From contig JASCQW010000081.1 of the NCBI GenBank assembly GCA_030264375.1, forward strand, positions 92,243,768 through 92,307,767: DNA of 64,000 nt. The letters run 5' to 3'. Below the pieces are notes generated by a model. The model was not told where the DNA came from, searched no databases, and saw only the letters and a program-made list of their open reading frames with translations. Position 1 is the first letter of the stretch. Every line of letters starts with the position of its first letter. The translations under genes were made by a program, and so were the position numbers. This DNA comes from Carcharhinus longimanus (taxonomy: Eukaryota). This document shows positions 12,318-25,745 of this stretch, one piece after another.

Positions 12318-13017
12318 CTGTTGAGGAAAAGATGCAAACGGTAGAAGTTCTCACGAGTATCATTGCTTCATGAACATTAATAAAATTAATGAAATGATGC
12401 TGCTTTTGGCGGAACATTTTGTATTAGTTGGAATGCAGTACCATTGCGTTGCATCCGGCCTTCTTTCTTCTCGTATACGTGTGAACTTGTCTGGGTTGGA
12501 GAACATCGAAACTAACCAATGCATTCATTCAGGACTATATCATTCTGGCCTTCGAGTGAAACGGAGTTATGGTAGAAAATTGCAATGAACATTTCGAATG
12601 CTTGGAGGAGAACAACAATGTTCATGGATGTGTGCTTCGCTGAAATGCCTGCATTTGCTTTGTCCATCCCCATTTACCACAGAGAAATTCGTGGAATGGT
12701 ACATTCTAGAATAAAAAAAGAACAGCTAGCAAGAATACTTCGGAAGGGCAGTGAATGGTTAACCGCTTTTCTGTTCATCTCGAGATACATATAAAAGGGA
12801 CCATTCCTAAACCAAATGCTGTTTTTACAAAACTCCTGCAGTTTCATCGTCCTCGTTGCTCAAGTGAATTTAATTTGCTCCAGCTGCCATCTTGACATTT
12901 AAAAATCTAGACCAGGGTCATTAATCAAAGCCTTTGGATTTCCAGATGAGTAACATAACCATTCTGATACAGCAGTGCTAATGCACTACTAAATGGATTT
13001 GCCGCATATGCACTCAC

Positions 13018-13053
13018 CACTGTCCGCAAGACTTCGCTTTGTATTTTCATATT
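13018..13053 (-). CDS. Microexon, 36 nt, EYENTKRSLADS
   Basis: tttcgatttatttcag|AATATGAAAATACAAAGCGAAGTCTTGCGGACAGTG|gtgagt. Confidence 0.88.
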
Positions 13054-13075
13054 CTGAAATAAATCGAAACGAAAG

Positions 13076-13580
13076 ATAAGACCAAAAGAACTAAGAGCAG
13101 AATTAGGCCATGTGGCCCGTCAAGCCTGCTCCGCCATTCAATAAATTCATGGCTGATCTTTTCGTGGACTCAACTCCTCTTACGCGTCCGCTCAAAATAA
13201 CGCTTAGTTCCATCACTGTTCAAAAATCTATCTGTATTTGCCTGAAAAACTTTCAACGAAGTAGCTTCAACTGCTTCACTGGGATAAGATCATACATAAT
13301 CATGTGCGGCGAATTTATATGACGAATTTCCGCCACAAACCAGTCCGAAGTCTGCTCCCCCGTAATTTGAGGTTATGTTCCCTGGTTCGATTTTCACACG
13401 CCAGTGGAAACAGCCTTCCTACTTTTATCTGATCGATTTCCTTCATAATTTTATGTTTCTGTAAGATTCCCTCCTCATTCTTGTAAATTCCAATGAGTAT
13501 AGTCTCAATCTACTTTGTCTCTCCTCATACGTCTAACCTCTCAATTCCGGAATCAACGTAGTGAAATCTCTTCTGTATCC
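13076..13580 (-). mobile_element. CR1-type LINE 3' end
   Basis: gcagaattaggccatgtggcccgtcaagcctgctccgccattcaataa tail followed by antisense ORF2 C-terminus. Confidence 0.8.
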
Positions 13581-15685
13581 CACTTGACTCTTTTACTTTT
13601 CCTAAAGAAAATGAAATTATTGCGAAGTGCATGCAATGGCATGCAGCGACAAAAGTCTGGCACAGGAATTAGATACTAATATAAGCTTTGCGAGAAAGGA
13701 AATAGGATTAAAGCGCAAGTATACGTTTGCTTTGGCAATGACAGGACTTAGCGCATGTTGCATTACATTCCATTTCCCCCCGTTACCATTCAAAAATAAG
13801 CAAATTGGGTGCAATATGTAACAGCTCAGTGAATATTTAGGCCAGACAAAATCAACTTGCTACTTCATACCCTCATAATTATGAGGATAATGTAAGTCAA
13901 AATTTGCAACGAAACTGAGTTGTGAAGTTGCTCCGAACAGTGTACGAAATAAATTGACACGATTTAGACACAACACTTCCTTCTGAGCGAGATGTGACCG
14001 GGCAGCTCTTTGTAAAATTTATGCTCGTGTCGTCTACTTACGTTTGGATACCTGCTTTTAAAATTCCTATGAACCTTGCAGACATTTCGATATATTCAAA
14101 GGATATGTGCACTTTTAATTTGAACCGAATAAAATTTAATGACATTCTCATTGAAAATTTTAGAAATACGGGTAATAGTCTATTCCGAACTTATTGTGCT
14201 TAATAGTTTTCAATAACTTTATTTTCGATGAAATTTTCGACAGATACTATTCCTGTTTCAAAGCTTGAAGTGATACTTGAAATTAGCAAGCGACACTGCA
14301 GCATCTCCACTCGATTTGATGTGTTTATATTGCAAGTCGAGCTGTTATCCATCTGAGAATTCTGGACCTCATTTTAAGTAGAGCTTTGCAAAAATACTTT
14401 CTGACAGGGTAAATGGAGCATTTCATTCAAAGCACTGCTGATACATCTGACGTGAAGTTACGGATAATTTGCAGAAATAAAAGTGCATTCTGCTCAACCT
14501 GTGTGGGCTAGTCATGTCCCGATGCGTTTCTTAATACAAGACTTCACCTACTACTCTAAATGCCGTTCATTTCCTTACTCTCTATGACAGGTGCGCTATG
14601 ATATTTATTCATGTCTGCTTTCTCGCTTGGTAGTGAGGTACACTTAGCATCCAGTTCCTCTGTCAGTGCATTTTTCTGAGAACACTATTGAATTTATTGA
14701 TGTGTATCATATAGTTCTTGCCCCAAATTTCGCTCGTGGAACGTTGATTGCTCCCTTTTTGGACTACTTCCTGCCTTATCTTTTCTGACATTTAGAGCTT
14801 CAGTCTATTGAGTTGTTTCGGATATTCTTTAATTTCATGTAGCTGATATAATCCCTGTAAATCAATTTTCTTTTGCATCTCTCCAGGACATGTGCTTTTT
14901 TTTTGCAACGTGGAGCCTAGACTTACACACTTTGCCCCTTATTTGTGCTCTATCAAAGAAAGATAGTCAAAGTTAATACAGTTCCCATGAATTCAAATTC
15001 TAATTTTCGATGAATAAACCTTTGTGTTTTATGTTGATGTTTGTTGCTTAGATGACTGCGTTTTGTGAATGTGAAACCCTTCGACCCTTTGTCCCTTCAA
15101 CCGTTTAGAATATGATTGACTGAGGTATTTATGGCCTCCTTACACTTCGTTACCAGCTCGGATTTATCTGGATCAAAATTTACAAGCGAGTTCTGCCAAT
15201 CATTTAGCAGAGCTATTCGTGTTGTGGTGGCATATTCTGTACGAACGCTAATACGATTCTGGAATAAAGGAGCAACGTCAACATATCCACGCATTAAATG
15301 GTGCCTCGATGGAGGCTTATGAAACATCATTTGTCAGTGTCTTTAAGGAGGGTCTTCGAGGAGGAAAGTGAACAGCGATTCAAACCGGATTTATGACAGT
15401 TAATCTATGTTTTTGTGACTCAACAGCTGAAGGATTTGTGGTCTAAGGATTGCATTTGGGGTTGCTGCAGGGCCAGAATAAAGGCATAAGATTTTCCTGT
15501 GGTGTGTGCATCCTAAGGAGATATCAGAAATAGGGAAAGTGAATACTTGAATGAATTACCATGCTCATGGCTGACAGGTGAAATAACTTGGAAAGCACTC
15601 TAAAGCAGAAGCAGATGTTCGATATGGAAATATTCTTGGGGAGTGGACCGCAGTTGACCCAAAAGGAGCGCAAATCAAAAATTTA

Positions 15686-16579
15686 CGGAGTCTTACCATT
15701 TTACCATTTTGATTCTAAGTGCTGAATCTGGGCGCACTTCAGATCCGACTTCGAAAACCGCCCTCAGCGTCCCCATACGCACTTAGCCTGAAAAAAAATC
15801 GGAGGTCTGAATTGCACTGAGGGCGGGGCTTACCGCTCCCGGAAGGCTGCAGCTTCGATCGGAGCTTTGAACTGCTCGGGGACTGTCAAACAAAATTGAA
15901 AAACGTGCCCCTGTCACGTCACTTCCAGGACGCAAAAAATCGACACAGCGGTATGCGACCAAAAAACGAGAGCGATGGCCCTCGCACCCCCACAACCTAA
16001 GTATGCCACTTATCCATCCATCCCCCCGATACCCAGACCAATCGCGACTTTCTGCCCCCTCATTCCCCCCACCATTGCCCGCAGAGTGGCATTGGACCTC
16101 CCTGCCCCACACTGATCGCCCGCAGAGTGGCAGCGTTCCCTCCCTGTGCCGCCCCCCCCGCCCTNNNNNNNNNNNNNNNNNNNNNNNNNNNNNNNNNNNN
16201 NNNNNNNNNNNNNNNNNNNNNNNNNNNNNNNNNNNNNNNNNNNNNNNNNNNNNNNNNNNNNNNNAAGGTCTGAACTTACCTCTTTCGAAGCTGGAGCGGA
16301 CTAAGCAGCCCTTTGCCGAGCGTGCCTGCTTCGCGCCGAATCTGGATGGGCGAACGCGATTGTAAAGGGGGAAATGTTGGTAAAGTTGAGCCGGTAGCCC
16401 ATTAATTCAATTTAAATGCGTGCATTTCCGGCGCTGCTCCTATCGCGGCCATTTTCGGGCCTTGGTAAAGTGGGCATTTGCGCGGATGTGGCCGTGGATC
16501 GAGCTAATCGCCTTCACGCCTGACTTTACCAAGTTTTCGTGCCGGAAAACGGGAGTGACCTAATGGTACGATCCTGCCC
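15686..16579. mobile_element. GC-rich interspersed element, possibly a non-autonomous PIF/Harbinger-type DNA transposon (contains a gap)
   Basis: Sharp GC/CpG-rich island; right end aatggtacgatcctgccc followed by TAA, imperfectly inverted to left end cggagtcttaccatt; left terminus degenerate. Confidence 0.45.
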
Positions 16580-17771
16580 TAAGAAGTGTTTCAGCAGCAG
16601 TTGAACTGAGGAAAAGGCGGAGTCAGGCGTTGTCACGGAAGTGAAACTAAACAATATTCATGATGGCTTGGCTCCTCGGTTCAAGCTGATCTTTAGGTCG
16701 AATGCATCATCACATTTCTGAAATGTCTGTCTTAGAATGACGATTGGAGGCAGGATGATGAAGCTACTCTAGGGAATTATCTGGTTAAAAGAAACAAATG
16801 AGATAGGAGCCAGGCATCTAAGAAGCATTGGAGGAGGATGGCGCAGTAATCAAATAAACCACCACTTCAAATTTCTCTCATCATCGATATTGAATTGAAT
16901 CTTTAATCTCGAGATGAAATTCCTGAAATATCAATGAAACACTTAAGTGAAAAAAAGTTTTCTGTTCTTAAAGAAAACTCTAAATCTCCATTTATTTACC
17001 TACTCGGCAAGAACAGGTATTGTTCAAATACTCATTTGGGGACCATTTCGAATATGTGGAATTATTTCACCCGACATTGATGTTACATTGAGTCATTTTT
17101 GTATACAACATGAAAGAAATACTCAATCGATTATACTTTGGACAGATTTGTTAATTAGGAATTCTGGCTAATTTCACCAGTTCAATATTTCTCCTTTAAT
17201 TAACAACCTTCTCCTGAAGGTTGTTAACGATGACACATGATTAACCTACCAACTTGTTAAAGCGCAGACAGAAAATGTTTTCTTGAAGGATGGGGATTGG
17301 AAAGTCAGTAACAATGTAAGATAATAGAATAATCCTTCCATTCACAAAGAAAGGGGGTCAACAACTCTCATTAAATCATCGAGGTGAAATTTCATATTGG
17401 TTTGGAGGTAAACGTAAATGGCCCCATCGTAAATTTAATGCTGAAGAGTTCATATAATTGGGCATTGATCATGCTTATAAAGATCTACAAGTGGGATTCA
17501 GACTGTTTCGTGCCTCTGCGCATATTGCTTTTCACTCCTCCACACTAGTGATCACGAAAACTCTTAAGTCCTTTCTCTCTGCTTTTTGAATCAAATGGTT
17601 GCCCATTTATGCTGATTTGTATCTGTATGAGCGCGCATGTGCTCGAACATGTATGTCATCCAGTTAACAAAAACCTCAGCCTTTTCAACACTTGCAATGT
17701 GGAAAACGCCATGTCGCCGAGAAAGGATGACAAGACATCTGAAGAAAGGATGCGCCTTTACGCCCTCTTAC

Positions 17772-17798
17772 CCTTCGCTTTTTCTCTGAGTTGTATTT
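17772..17798 (-). CDS. Microexon, 27 nt, EIQLREKAK
   Basis: ttttaattactgatcgcag|AAATACAACTCAGAGAAAAAGCGAAGG|gtaaga. Confidence 0.82.
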
Positions 17799-18639
17799 CT
17801 GCGATCAGTAATTAAAACAGCAAAATATTACCTCAGAATATATGTTTCAGACAAACTTAGAACCCTATAAATAGTCAGCCAGCCAGAACATATTCAATTA
17901 TATTTAAAAGAAGTCCTGGCTGTACGTTTCAGGTCAACGAGTTGCAATCACAGCCATCAGTTGGTGCCTGCGTAAAACCAATAGTGTCTATTTTAAGTTG
18001 AGTTATTTTGCAACTGCAATTTTTTACTTACATATCCACAACTGTAAATGTCAGGATATAAAGGCTTATAAAACCGACCAAAGTCGGAAAGTTGATTTAA
18101 TTTCTTTGTTGTGTAAGATCGGTGATCCACGTGAAATTGCAGCTCATGCTCATTCGTTATATTATTTTTAGAATGCATCCCCTAATTGTTGATGTTGTAG
18201 CTGGAGCTACCAATAATATCGTAGAAATACTTTTCTTCTCCTTGTTGCGACTGATTTTCCCTTTGCAAAACATCCCGAAGCCCGTAGCTCATGGGAAACA
18301 ATATTTGGTAACAATTTTAATGCCTCTGTTTGTTATAAAAATACTCTTTTATTTCGGAACCATCTCCCCACAAACAACAATAAAAAGAATAGCCATTTGC
18401 TACTGCGATCCAGTAATCTGGCTTTAGTTGATAATATTCAACTGTCAATCACTTAACGCGATAAATACATTAAAATCAATGATTTATAATTGGCTGTGAT
18501 GATGTATTAGGCCAAAAGTTTCCAAAATGGTTCCTGAAAGAAGAGCCAACAAGCGTTGAGTGGTCCGCAAACTGCCTTATTTGAATGCCTCCGTAGTTCT
18601 TAATGATAGTACCTAACGTAGACACGGAAATAATTCCCT

Positions 18640-19120
18640 ATGGTCCTAGACATTCCCACAAGGGGAAACACATCTCAGCCTCTGCCCAGTCAAGCATACA
18701 GAGAATCCAAACTGTTTCAATATGGTCGCCTCTCATTCTTCTGAACTACTGCGAGTAGAGGCACAACCACACCAATGCCTTCTCATAAGAAAATCCATCC
18801 ATTCCCGAGATCAACCTGGTGAACCTTCTCTGGACTGTTTCCAATGCATCTTTCCTAAGATAAGGGGTCGCTTATATGAAAGAAAGTTCAGGGGGATGTT
18901 TGTTTTTTAGAGTTTCCTGAGTTTTTGTAACTTTCTTCCTCAAAAGACAGTGGAAGCAGAGTTCGTGAATATTTTTGAGACAGAACTAGACAGATTATTG
19001 ATTGACAGGAAGGGGGGGGGGAAATGTTATCGGGAGTTAGCAGGATTAGCAAAGATTTACCCGAGTGGCAGAGCAGGCTGGAGTATCCAAGTGGCCTACC
19101 CTTGCTCCTAATTCATACGT
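18640..19120. mobile_element. CR1-type 3' fragments, antisense piece followed by sense piece
   Basis: caacctggtgaaccttctctggactg (antisense) then ccgagtggcagagcaggctggag...ggcctacccttgctcctaattc (sense tail). Confidence 0.6.
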
Positions 19121-19815
19121 AAGGATAGTTGTAGATACAATATCGCCAATGTCATCGAGGGAACACATGTCAAATTTCTTCCGTTCGACCATTGTCTGAT
19201 GCAACAACTTTGCATACAAAGAAGTTTGATACGGTATTATATGTTACATGCAATACTTAGCCACAAACGTATTCCACTTTTTAATGTTAGATCTTTTTCA
19301 TTGTCTGCTTTCTGATTCTTTGCAATCTTGTCATAGTGCAATTGATCGAAGTTACTTGAGTTCATTGTTGCTACCGAATAATTCAGGGAAAAAGAAACAA
19401 AGCTCCCAGTTCTGGTTTACTGGATGTTATTCAGCAACTATAAATCGGTTGCCCTCCAATATGAATCTCAGTGTTATAATTCTGTGTATAAAGGATACTT
19501 GGCTCATTAAGGCCAGGTGCATTTTTTTCAAAATCGACTGCCTGTTTTAATACTTGGGCTAATTGATTTAAATGAATTTCAGATAGCCTTAACCAAGGCA
19601 TTATACATTGATCATTATAGCCATGCGTGCCACCATTGTGTAACTGTAACCAGGTAACGTAATGGCAGAACATTGAACCATGGAGCAGTCAAAAACAGTG
19701 AATGGATTCTGGTCAATTCAGAGACACTTATTTTCCAATATTTGACGGCAGAAAACATTCCAAAAATGTTGATTACATGCGTATAAATGAAATACAAGGA
19801 ATCCATTACTCCTAC

Positions 19816-19842
19816 CCAAATTCTCTATTGTTCTCTTTTGTT
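19816..19842 (-). CDS. Microexon, 27 nt, EQKRTIENL
   Basis: tatctctttctttag|AACAAAAGAGAACAATAGAGAATTTGG|gtagga. Confidence 0.8.
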
Positions 19843-20441
19843 CTAAAGAAAGAGATAATTATTCAACAGAACTACGGATTGCTTACATTAACAGTGGAAA
19901 CCTTCTCCTGAACCCATTCTCCAATCGTGCTGAAAACATGTTTAATTCGGAAAGGATACTCGGAACAGAGTACATCCTACTCTTTACAGAAGCCTCTATA
20001 TTTCCTTTCTATATTACAGGTTGGTCCTGTAGTGAACTAACTGCTTCAGGTTGAAGAAAAAGAACACAGGGTTGGTTCAAGGTAAAATAACTAAGCTTGT
20101 TTAAAATTTCAGAGCACACTGAAGTCACACTTGGTTTTAAAAAGAAACATTTTTATATTTGTCTATGTCCACAACACATCTCTTTGTGGAAAGGTATGCA
20201 CATCCTTTAATCAGTAATACAGCCTTTGCCTTGCCATCTTNNNNNNNNNNNNNNNNNNNNNNNNNNNNNNNNNNNNNNNNNNNNNNNNNNNNNNNNNNNN
20301 NNNNNNNNNNNNNNNNNNNNNNNNNNNNNNNNNNNNNNNNNNNNNNNNNNNNNNNNNNNNNNNNNNNNNNNNNNNNNNNNNNNNNNNNNNNNNNNNNNNN
20401 NNNNNNNNNNNNNNNNNNNNNNNNNNNNNNNNNNNNNNNNN

Positions 20442-20520
20442 GGTTGGACTGAAACCGGGTGTTGTCAGACTTCATACTGTGTTTACCCCAGTCCAACGCA
20501 GGCATCTCCACATAATGGCT
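20442..20520 (+). mobile_element. Penelope-like element end next to a gap
   Basis: gtgttgtcagacttcatactgtgtttaccccagtccaacgcaggcatctccacat. Confidence 0.7.
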
Positions 20521-21427
20521 CTACTGCCACATATTAGTGGAGCCATAATACATGTAACCGTGGATTGGTCACGATTTTCTTTTAATGTTGCAGTAAGTGT
20601 GACTGTTTAATTATGTGACTGTCTGAAAAACTAGATCAGCTGATTCTTCCAATGTTTGCTATCAATTTATACCTAACATTGTGGTTTCTGAAGCTCATTC
20701 CACAAGCAATGGTTTCTCTGAATTACTGTTGTGATCCGCTCAAAATTAATTCTTCAAAGACTTCTAAAATAGTTTTCTTATTTCTTTGCAAACAATATTT
20801 TTATCCCGCGTGTCATCATTGTTTTGGAAATGCAACATGCTGGGTTTAATATAATTCTGAAAGTCGACTTCAAAATATTTAGCAACATATCGTAGAGCAG
20901 TTGCTTTATAATCGGGTCCTCAACATCGTTTGCTTTGACTCACGAGTTACGTTTCCCTGGAATTTGTATGAAGATTAGTTAGAGGGATAGTCAATACTGA
21001 CTATGACGGCTACAACAATAGAAGGATGACAAAAAATTGCAAAGAGTTGGACAATTTAGTTATATAGATATATCGAGGATAGTGCATTTTTGTAATGAGA
21101 ATAGACAGGTCAGTTTTCATTGTCAATGCATAAATCTACACTTGTTAATGGAATCAAAGGATTTTGGTGCACAAATATCACAATCATTAACATGACATTG
21201 TTAGAAAGGTTATTAAGGAAGCAGTCAGGCACATGGACCTATTTCCAGGGGACCAATTTGAACATGAGGGAGGTTATGATCAATCAGCATCGGATTTGGG
21301 TTAGATGGTACTTTGAGTATGCGTTCTTCCTGACCGATTTTTGAACAAGGCTGTAGGAGAATAGAAAAGGTGCAGCGAAGTTTGTGACGATGATACTGAG
21401 AATGAGTGGGGTGCATGTTGAAGCAGG

Positions 21428-21762
21428 ATGGGTGGCACGATGGTACCGTGTTTAACGCCGCTGCCTCATAGATCCAGGGACCTGGTTTCTATTTCCAGCT
21501 TGGGAACTCTGTGCAGAGTTTTCGCGTTCTCCATGTCTTCATGGGTTTCCTCTAGGTGCGCTGTTTTCCGCCCAAAGTCTAATGATGCGCGGGTTTGGTG
21601 CATTGACCATGCTAAATTGCCAATTAGTGTCCTGGTATGTGTAGGTTAGAGGAATTAGCGGGTGAAATACGTGAGGCTACAGGGATAGGGGCTAGGTAGA
21701 ATTATTGTCGATGCATACTCGATGGGCCGAATGACCTCCTTCTGCACTGTAGGGTTTCTATG
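21428..21762 (+). mobile_element. HE1-type SINE within a decayed CR1 (about 20900-22100)
   Basis: Head, core and tail gatgggccgaatgacctccttctgcactgtagggtttctatga. Confidence 0.85.
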
Positions 21763-22455
21763 AAAAAACATTTCTCCTTTTCTTAAGAGAGGATGAAAAA
21801 TGTAAAAATATTCCTATCTAAAATTATGAATATTACTGACGGATTGGACACTGGCAGGTTCGTTCCTTTTGCAGGGAGTATCATAACTACAGCATATCAA
21901 TAAAATGTGGCCGCCTTTAAATCACCAACGTAATTGTCACTTACTGACTCAAGATTGGATGTTGTCCAGGTCCTGTCACATTTGTACATGGACCATTTCA
22001 GTATTTGAGAAGTTGTCCATGAGCAACTTAATTACACAAAGGGAAGCGGGAAAGTGGATCTCATTCGAAAATCCACGATTGAAGTGAATATCTTTCAAGA
22101 AGAAACCTGGCATACATATGGGCACACACATATCTAGACTTCCAAAGGTATATTTAGATAACAACAAAAAGTAATTTGTATGAAACTTAACGATAAAACT
22201 TTGCCTGTCCACGTTCCATGAATCAGTGAAAAAGCACATTATTAGTTCTGCCCTCAAGGCTAATATTACAAAACGATTCTACTAAGTATTCCTTTTGCAC
22301 CAGGGAATCTCGAAAATGTGGAGTGCACTGTGGACACAAAAAATGTTCTATATGGCTTTCCTACATTATAGATTTCCCTAACGTTAGTAACAAATGGGCT
22401 TTCAGAATACCTTTGAATGCAATTAGCTTGACTTATTTTTAATGGAGTTATGATC

Positions 22456-22787
22456 ATAGAATCACAACAGAGCAGAAGAGGTCATTCGGCCAGTCGAGGC
22501 TGGGCCGACAATTTGGAGTGGGTCACCCAGGCCCGGTCCCCCGCCCAATCATTATAGCATGATACATTTCCCACGGCTAATCCACCTAAGCTACACATCC
22601 TGATGCAATCAGGGGCTATTTGGCACGGCCAACCCACCGAACCTGCACTTCATTGGACTACAGGAAGGAACTGGAGCGCCTAGAGGAAACCCAGATAGGC
22701 ATAGGAGAATGTCCACACAACCAACCAATGCTGGAATTGAGCCCTGTGCAGCTGTTAGGCAGCAATGGTATCCACTGTGCCACCGTG
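22456..22787 (-). mobile_element. HE1-type SINE
   Basis: Reverse tail atagaatcacaacagagcagaagaggtcattcggcc through head ccactgtgccaccgtg. Confidence 0.8.
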
Positions 22788-23140
22788 AACGACAGTCGTA
22801 CAACAGAATATTAGAATTAAGAAGATATATCAGACGATGCTATGTTGCAAATTATTGACTGTCGTAAAATGAACCCTTCTAATGTTGCTGAAAACGACCA
22901 TCATAAATTCAGTTGCAGTGTGTTTTAAAGCAACTATTTGATTCATACGTACTGGCTGATTCTTCTTAAATTGTTTGCGGACAGCAGAATTTGCAATTTT
23001 AATGCTTTAATTGCATACGAGAGCACGGCTGGCGAGAGCTAAACCTTTGTGTACCGTTCTTGAAATAATGAATTACCTTGAATCTATTTACTTCTACCAA
23101 AATATACCACTGATTTTTTGCATATTGCCATGAAAATTAC

Positions 23141-23164
23141 CTTTATTTTCTTTGAACGTTGTCA
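23141..23164 (-). CDS. Microexon, 24 nt, VTTFKENK
   Basis: tattctgctccattag|TGACAACGTTCAAAGAAAATAAAG|gtaatt. Confidence 0.65.
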
Positions 23165-23380
23165 CTAATGGAGCAGAATATATTCTCAATTAACGGACAA
23201 CGTATGCCAACTTCAGGCGGAGTTTACAAATTAGCACAAGCTGGACTGAAGATTCACCCATCATTTTATTTTTCTCAATATTTTATTATCCCAGTAATGA
23301 CTCTGGTATAAAATTCATATCGATTGCACCATTTCTTCAGTCATGCCTTAATGCACATTATTTCACCGTTTTTAACGTTC

Positions 23381-23685
23381 ATTTATTAGTGTCTCACACG
23401 TAGACTTACTAGTGTCATACGTAGACTTAGCCATGTGAAATTACTGTGAAAGTCCCCTGGTCGCCACACTCCGGCGCTTGTTCGCGGTGCGCTGAGAGGG
23501 AATTTAGCATGGCCAATGCACCTAATCAGCAAATCTTTCGGACTGTGTGAGGGAACCCGAGCACCCGGAGTAACCCCATGCAGACACGGGGAGACCGTAC
23601 AGACTCGACACATACAAGCTGGAAATCGAATTCATGTCTCTGGTGTTGTGATGCAGCAGTGCTTACCACTGTGCCACCATGTCGC
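23381..23685 (-). mobile_element. SINE, HE1-like head with alternative tail
   Basis: tttattagtgtc...ttactgtgaaagtcccctggtcgccacactccggcgc...gagcacccggagtaaccccatgcagacacgggg. Confidence 0.8.
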
Positions 23686-24269
23686 ATTTACTTTACAGTG
23701 GCGGTTAGCTGAATATAAGCACGTTTAAGTTTGTACTTTTGAATTTAATTCTGAGTTTCCAAAAAAATCCAATTGCATGAACGCATTCCTCTTTTTATCC
23801 CTCCCATTTGTGGTGATTTGAAGCACACTTTGTGACCAATCACCCTCTGAACACAGATCGCATTTGAACAAATTTTTGACATACTTAACCCGACAACCAT
23901 TTCACTCACCAAATACCTCGCTCATGAGTGTGCCCAGGACCTTTGAATGAACCGCTGGTTCTCATGGACCCTCCAGTGTATGATGTTTGTCCTGTTGTTT
24001 TGAAATTCCAAATCAAATATGTTGTAGGGAATAGAGGTTTGTTTTACATAGTGTACCTGCCGATCGTAACTAATCGTCCGCTATGGAGATTTACAGAGCA
24101 TCTGATATTGAATTAAATTGAAAGCAATATAACTGAGCACTGGGCGGTGGGGCTATTCACTTTCACGATGTAGTTAAACTCGTCTCAATGGAGAATGCAC
24201 TTTTCTTGTGAAAAAACATATTACCAATATCAACAATTATATGTGCTGTAAATCACTTCGATACTTAAC

Positions 24270-24296
24270 CGAGTTGCAGGCGAAGTACATCAGCTC
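24270..24296 (-). CDS. Microexon, 27 nt, GADVLRLQL
   Basis: tctgttctatttcag|GAGCTGATGTACTTCGCCTGCAACTCG|gttaag; weak donor. Confidence 0.55.
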
Positions 24297-24783
24297 CTGA
24301 AATAGAACAGATTAATTGACATAAAATCATCATTGTCTCAGATGACCTTTGTCAGTAACTGGTGTTGATTTAACCGGAGAGTTACCACACCTCAGGCGAG
24401 GGACAAGCATGAAAAGACGGGCCGTCATGAATAATTGCAACCAGTATGAGAATGTGAATCCGAGCTGTTGGCGCCGCTCTGCAAAACTAACCAGTTCTCT
24501 CGTCGAGAACCAGACTGAGCAGACCTAAACCGAGCAGAGTAGGACGCAAAGCGACTGAAATAATGTGACAATTTTTCGCTGAAACATTACCAGAAGTGTT
24601 TTTGCTTCAATCATGTTAGCTTAAATATTCGCATACAATACTTCAGTTTTACCATATGGGATGTTTCTCATTGTTGCATGAAAAACAATGCAAATTAACT
24701 AACTTCAACAGCAACTTGTTGGATAAAAAGGGTAAATAAACGGTGATAAGTGACTTGCTTCCTGATAGATGTAACTTTCTTAC

Positions 24784-24801
24784 CATACGAAGATTGCTTC
24801 G
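24784..24801 (-). CDS. Microexon, 18 nt, AKQSSY
   Basis: ttctcctttttggttttcag|CGAAGCAATCTTCGTATG|gtaaga; strong sites, atypical length. Confidence 0.7.
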
Positions 24802-25649
24802 CTGAAAACCAAAAAGGAGAAAATTCGATCAATAAAGTCGTGCCCTAACAAAATGCAGCACCAAGGGCTACCTTTCAAAATACTTCCTGCAAGTCGATGA
24901 AAGTATCGCAATTCGCCATCCCGCAATGAAACATTAGTACGAGCTTTGAAAAAAAATTGTTACGAGCGGTAGAAGTTATTTTCCCCCTTGCAACAACCCT
25001 TTTGTTTTGACGAACGTAGACTGATTCCGAGTGCAAATCAGGTTTCCAGCAAGATGCTTGCATAACAGCTGTACTAATCGAATTTTCATGATTTGCATTC
25101 CGAAGGCACCGAATTCATGTTACTCGAAATAATGTTTCACCCCAATTATCGCAATCGTCCCTTCTGAGGACTATTTTGAGGATTTGTATCACACTAATTT
25201 GGGAAAACTGTGAGATCCCCTCATTTCTAAGCATTTAACATCAAACGTTTATCCTGAAGAGTAAGGAACGATCGACCAAGCATATTAATGTTGAAGACCT
25301 GCCTTTCGTTGTTTCTCCGATTCTAATTTTTTGATCAGATTATATTTACTAAGGATAATTTGCACTTTAAATATATGATTATTATGACTATTTTAAACTG
25401 TAACCACGTTAGGTATTTGATGAATGTTATATAGTTGAGCACCGAATTACTGGGGTGGTCTTCGGAGCATGTGATAGACCAAAGACCGTTCTCACAGGAT
25501 TCCCCTCATTCGTCTGGCAATTCTTTGATATATATATATATGAAACAATTTCGAATTCCCCTACGCTGTGAGTCGCTTTGTTCCCCATTCGAGCAATTGT
25601 TAAATAAAGAATTAAAAGTTATTACACAATTTCCGTTCCTCATTTCATG

Positions 25650-25745
25650 CTCTGATGAAGGTTCAGCTGGATTCGAACATTAGCTCTATTCGTTCTCCAC
25701 AGCTGTTGTCGTACCTGATGCCAGAATCCGCAGTATTTTTCTTCG
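25650..25745 (+). mobile_element. Second Penelope-like family end with degenerate hammerhead motif
   Basis: ctgatgaaggttcagctggattcgaacattagctct...ctccacag; GAAA core reduced to GAA. Confidence 0.45.

Noticed and set aside
19140-19760. LRR/TLR-like fragments on the minus strand
   Set aside because: Multiple stops and no repeating LxxLxLxxN pattern.
24225-24245. 21-nt candidate exon AHIIVDI
   Set aside because: Only 24 nt from the better-supported 24270-24296 exon and does not fit the coil.
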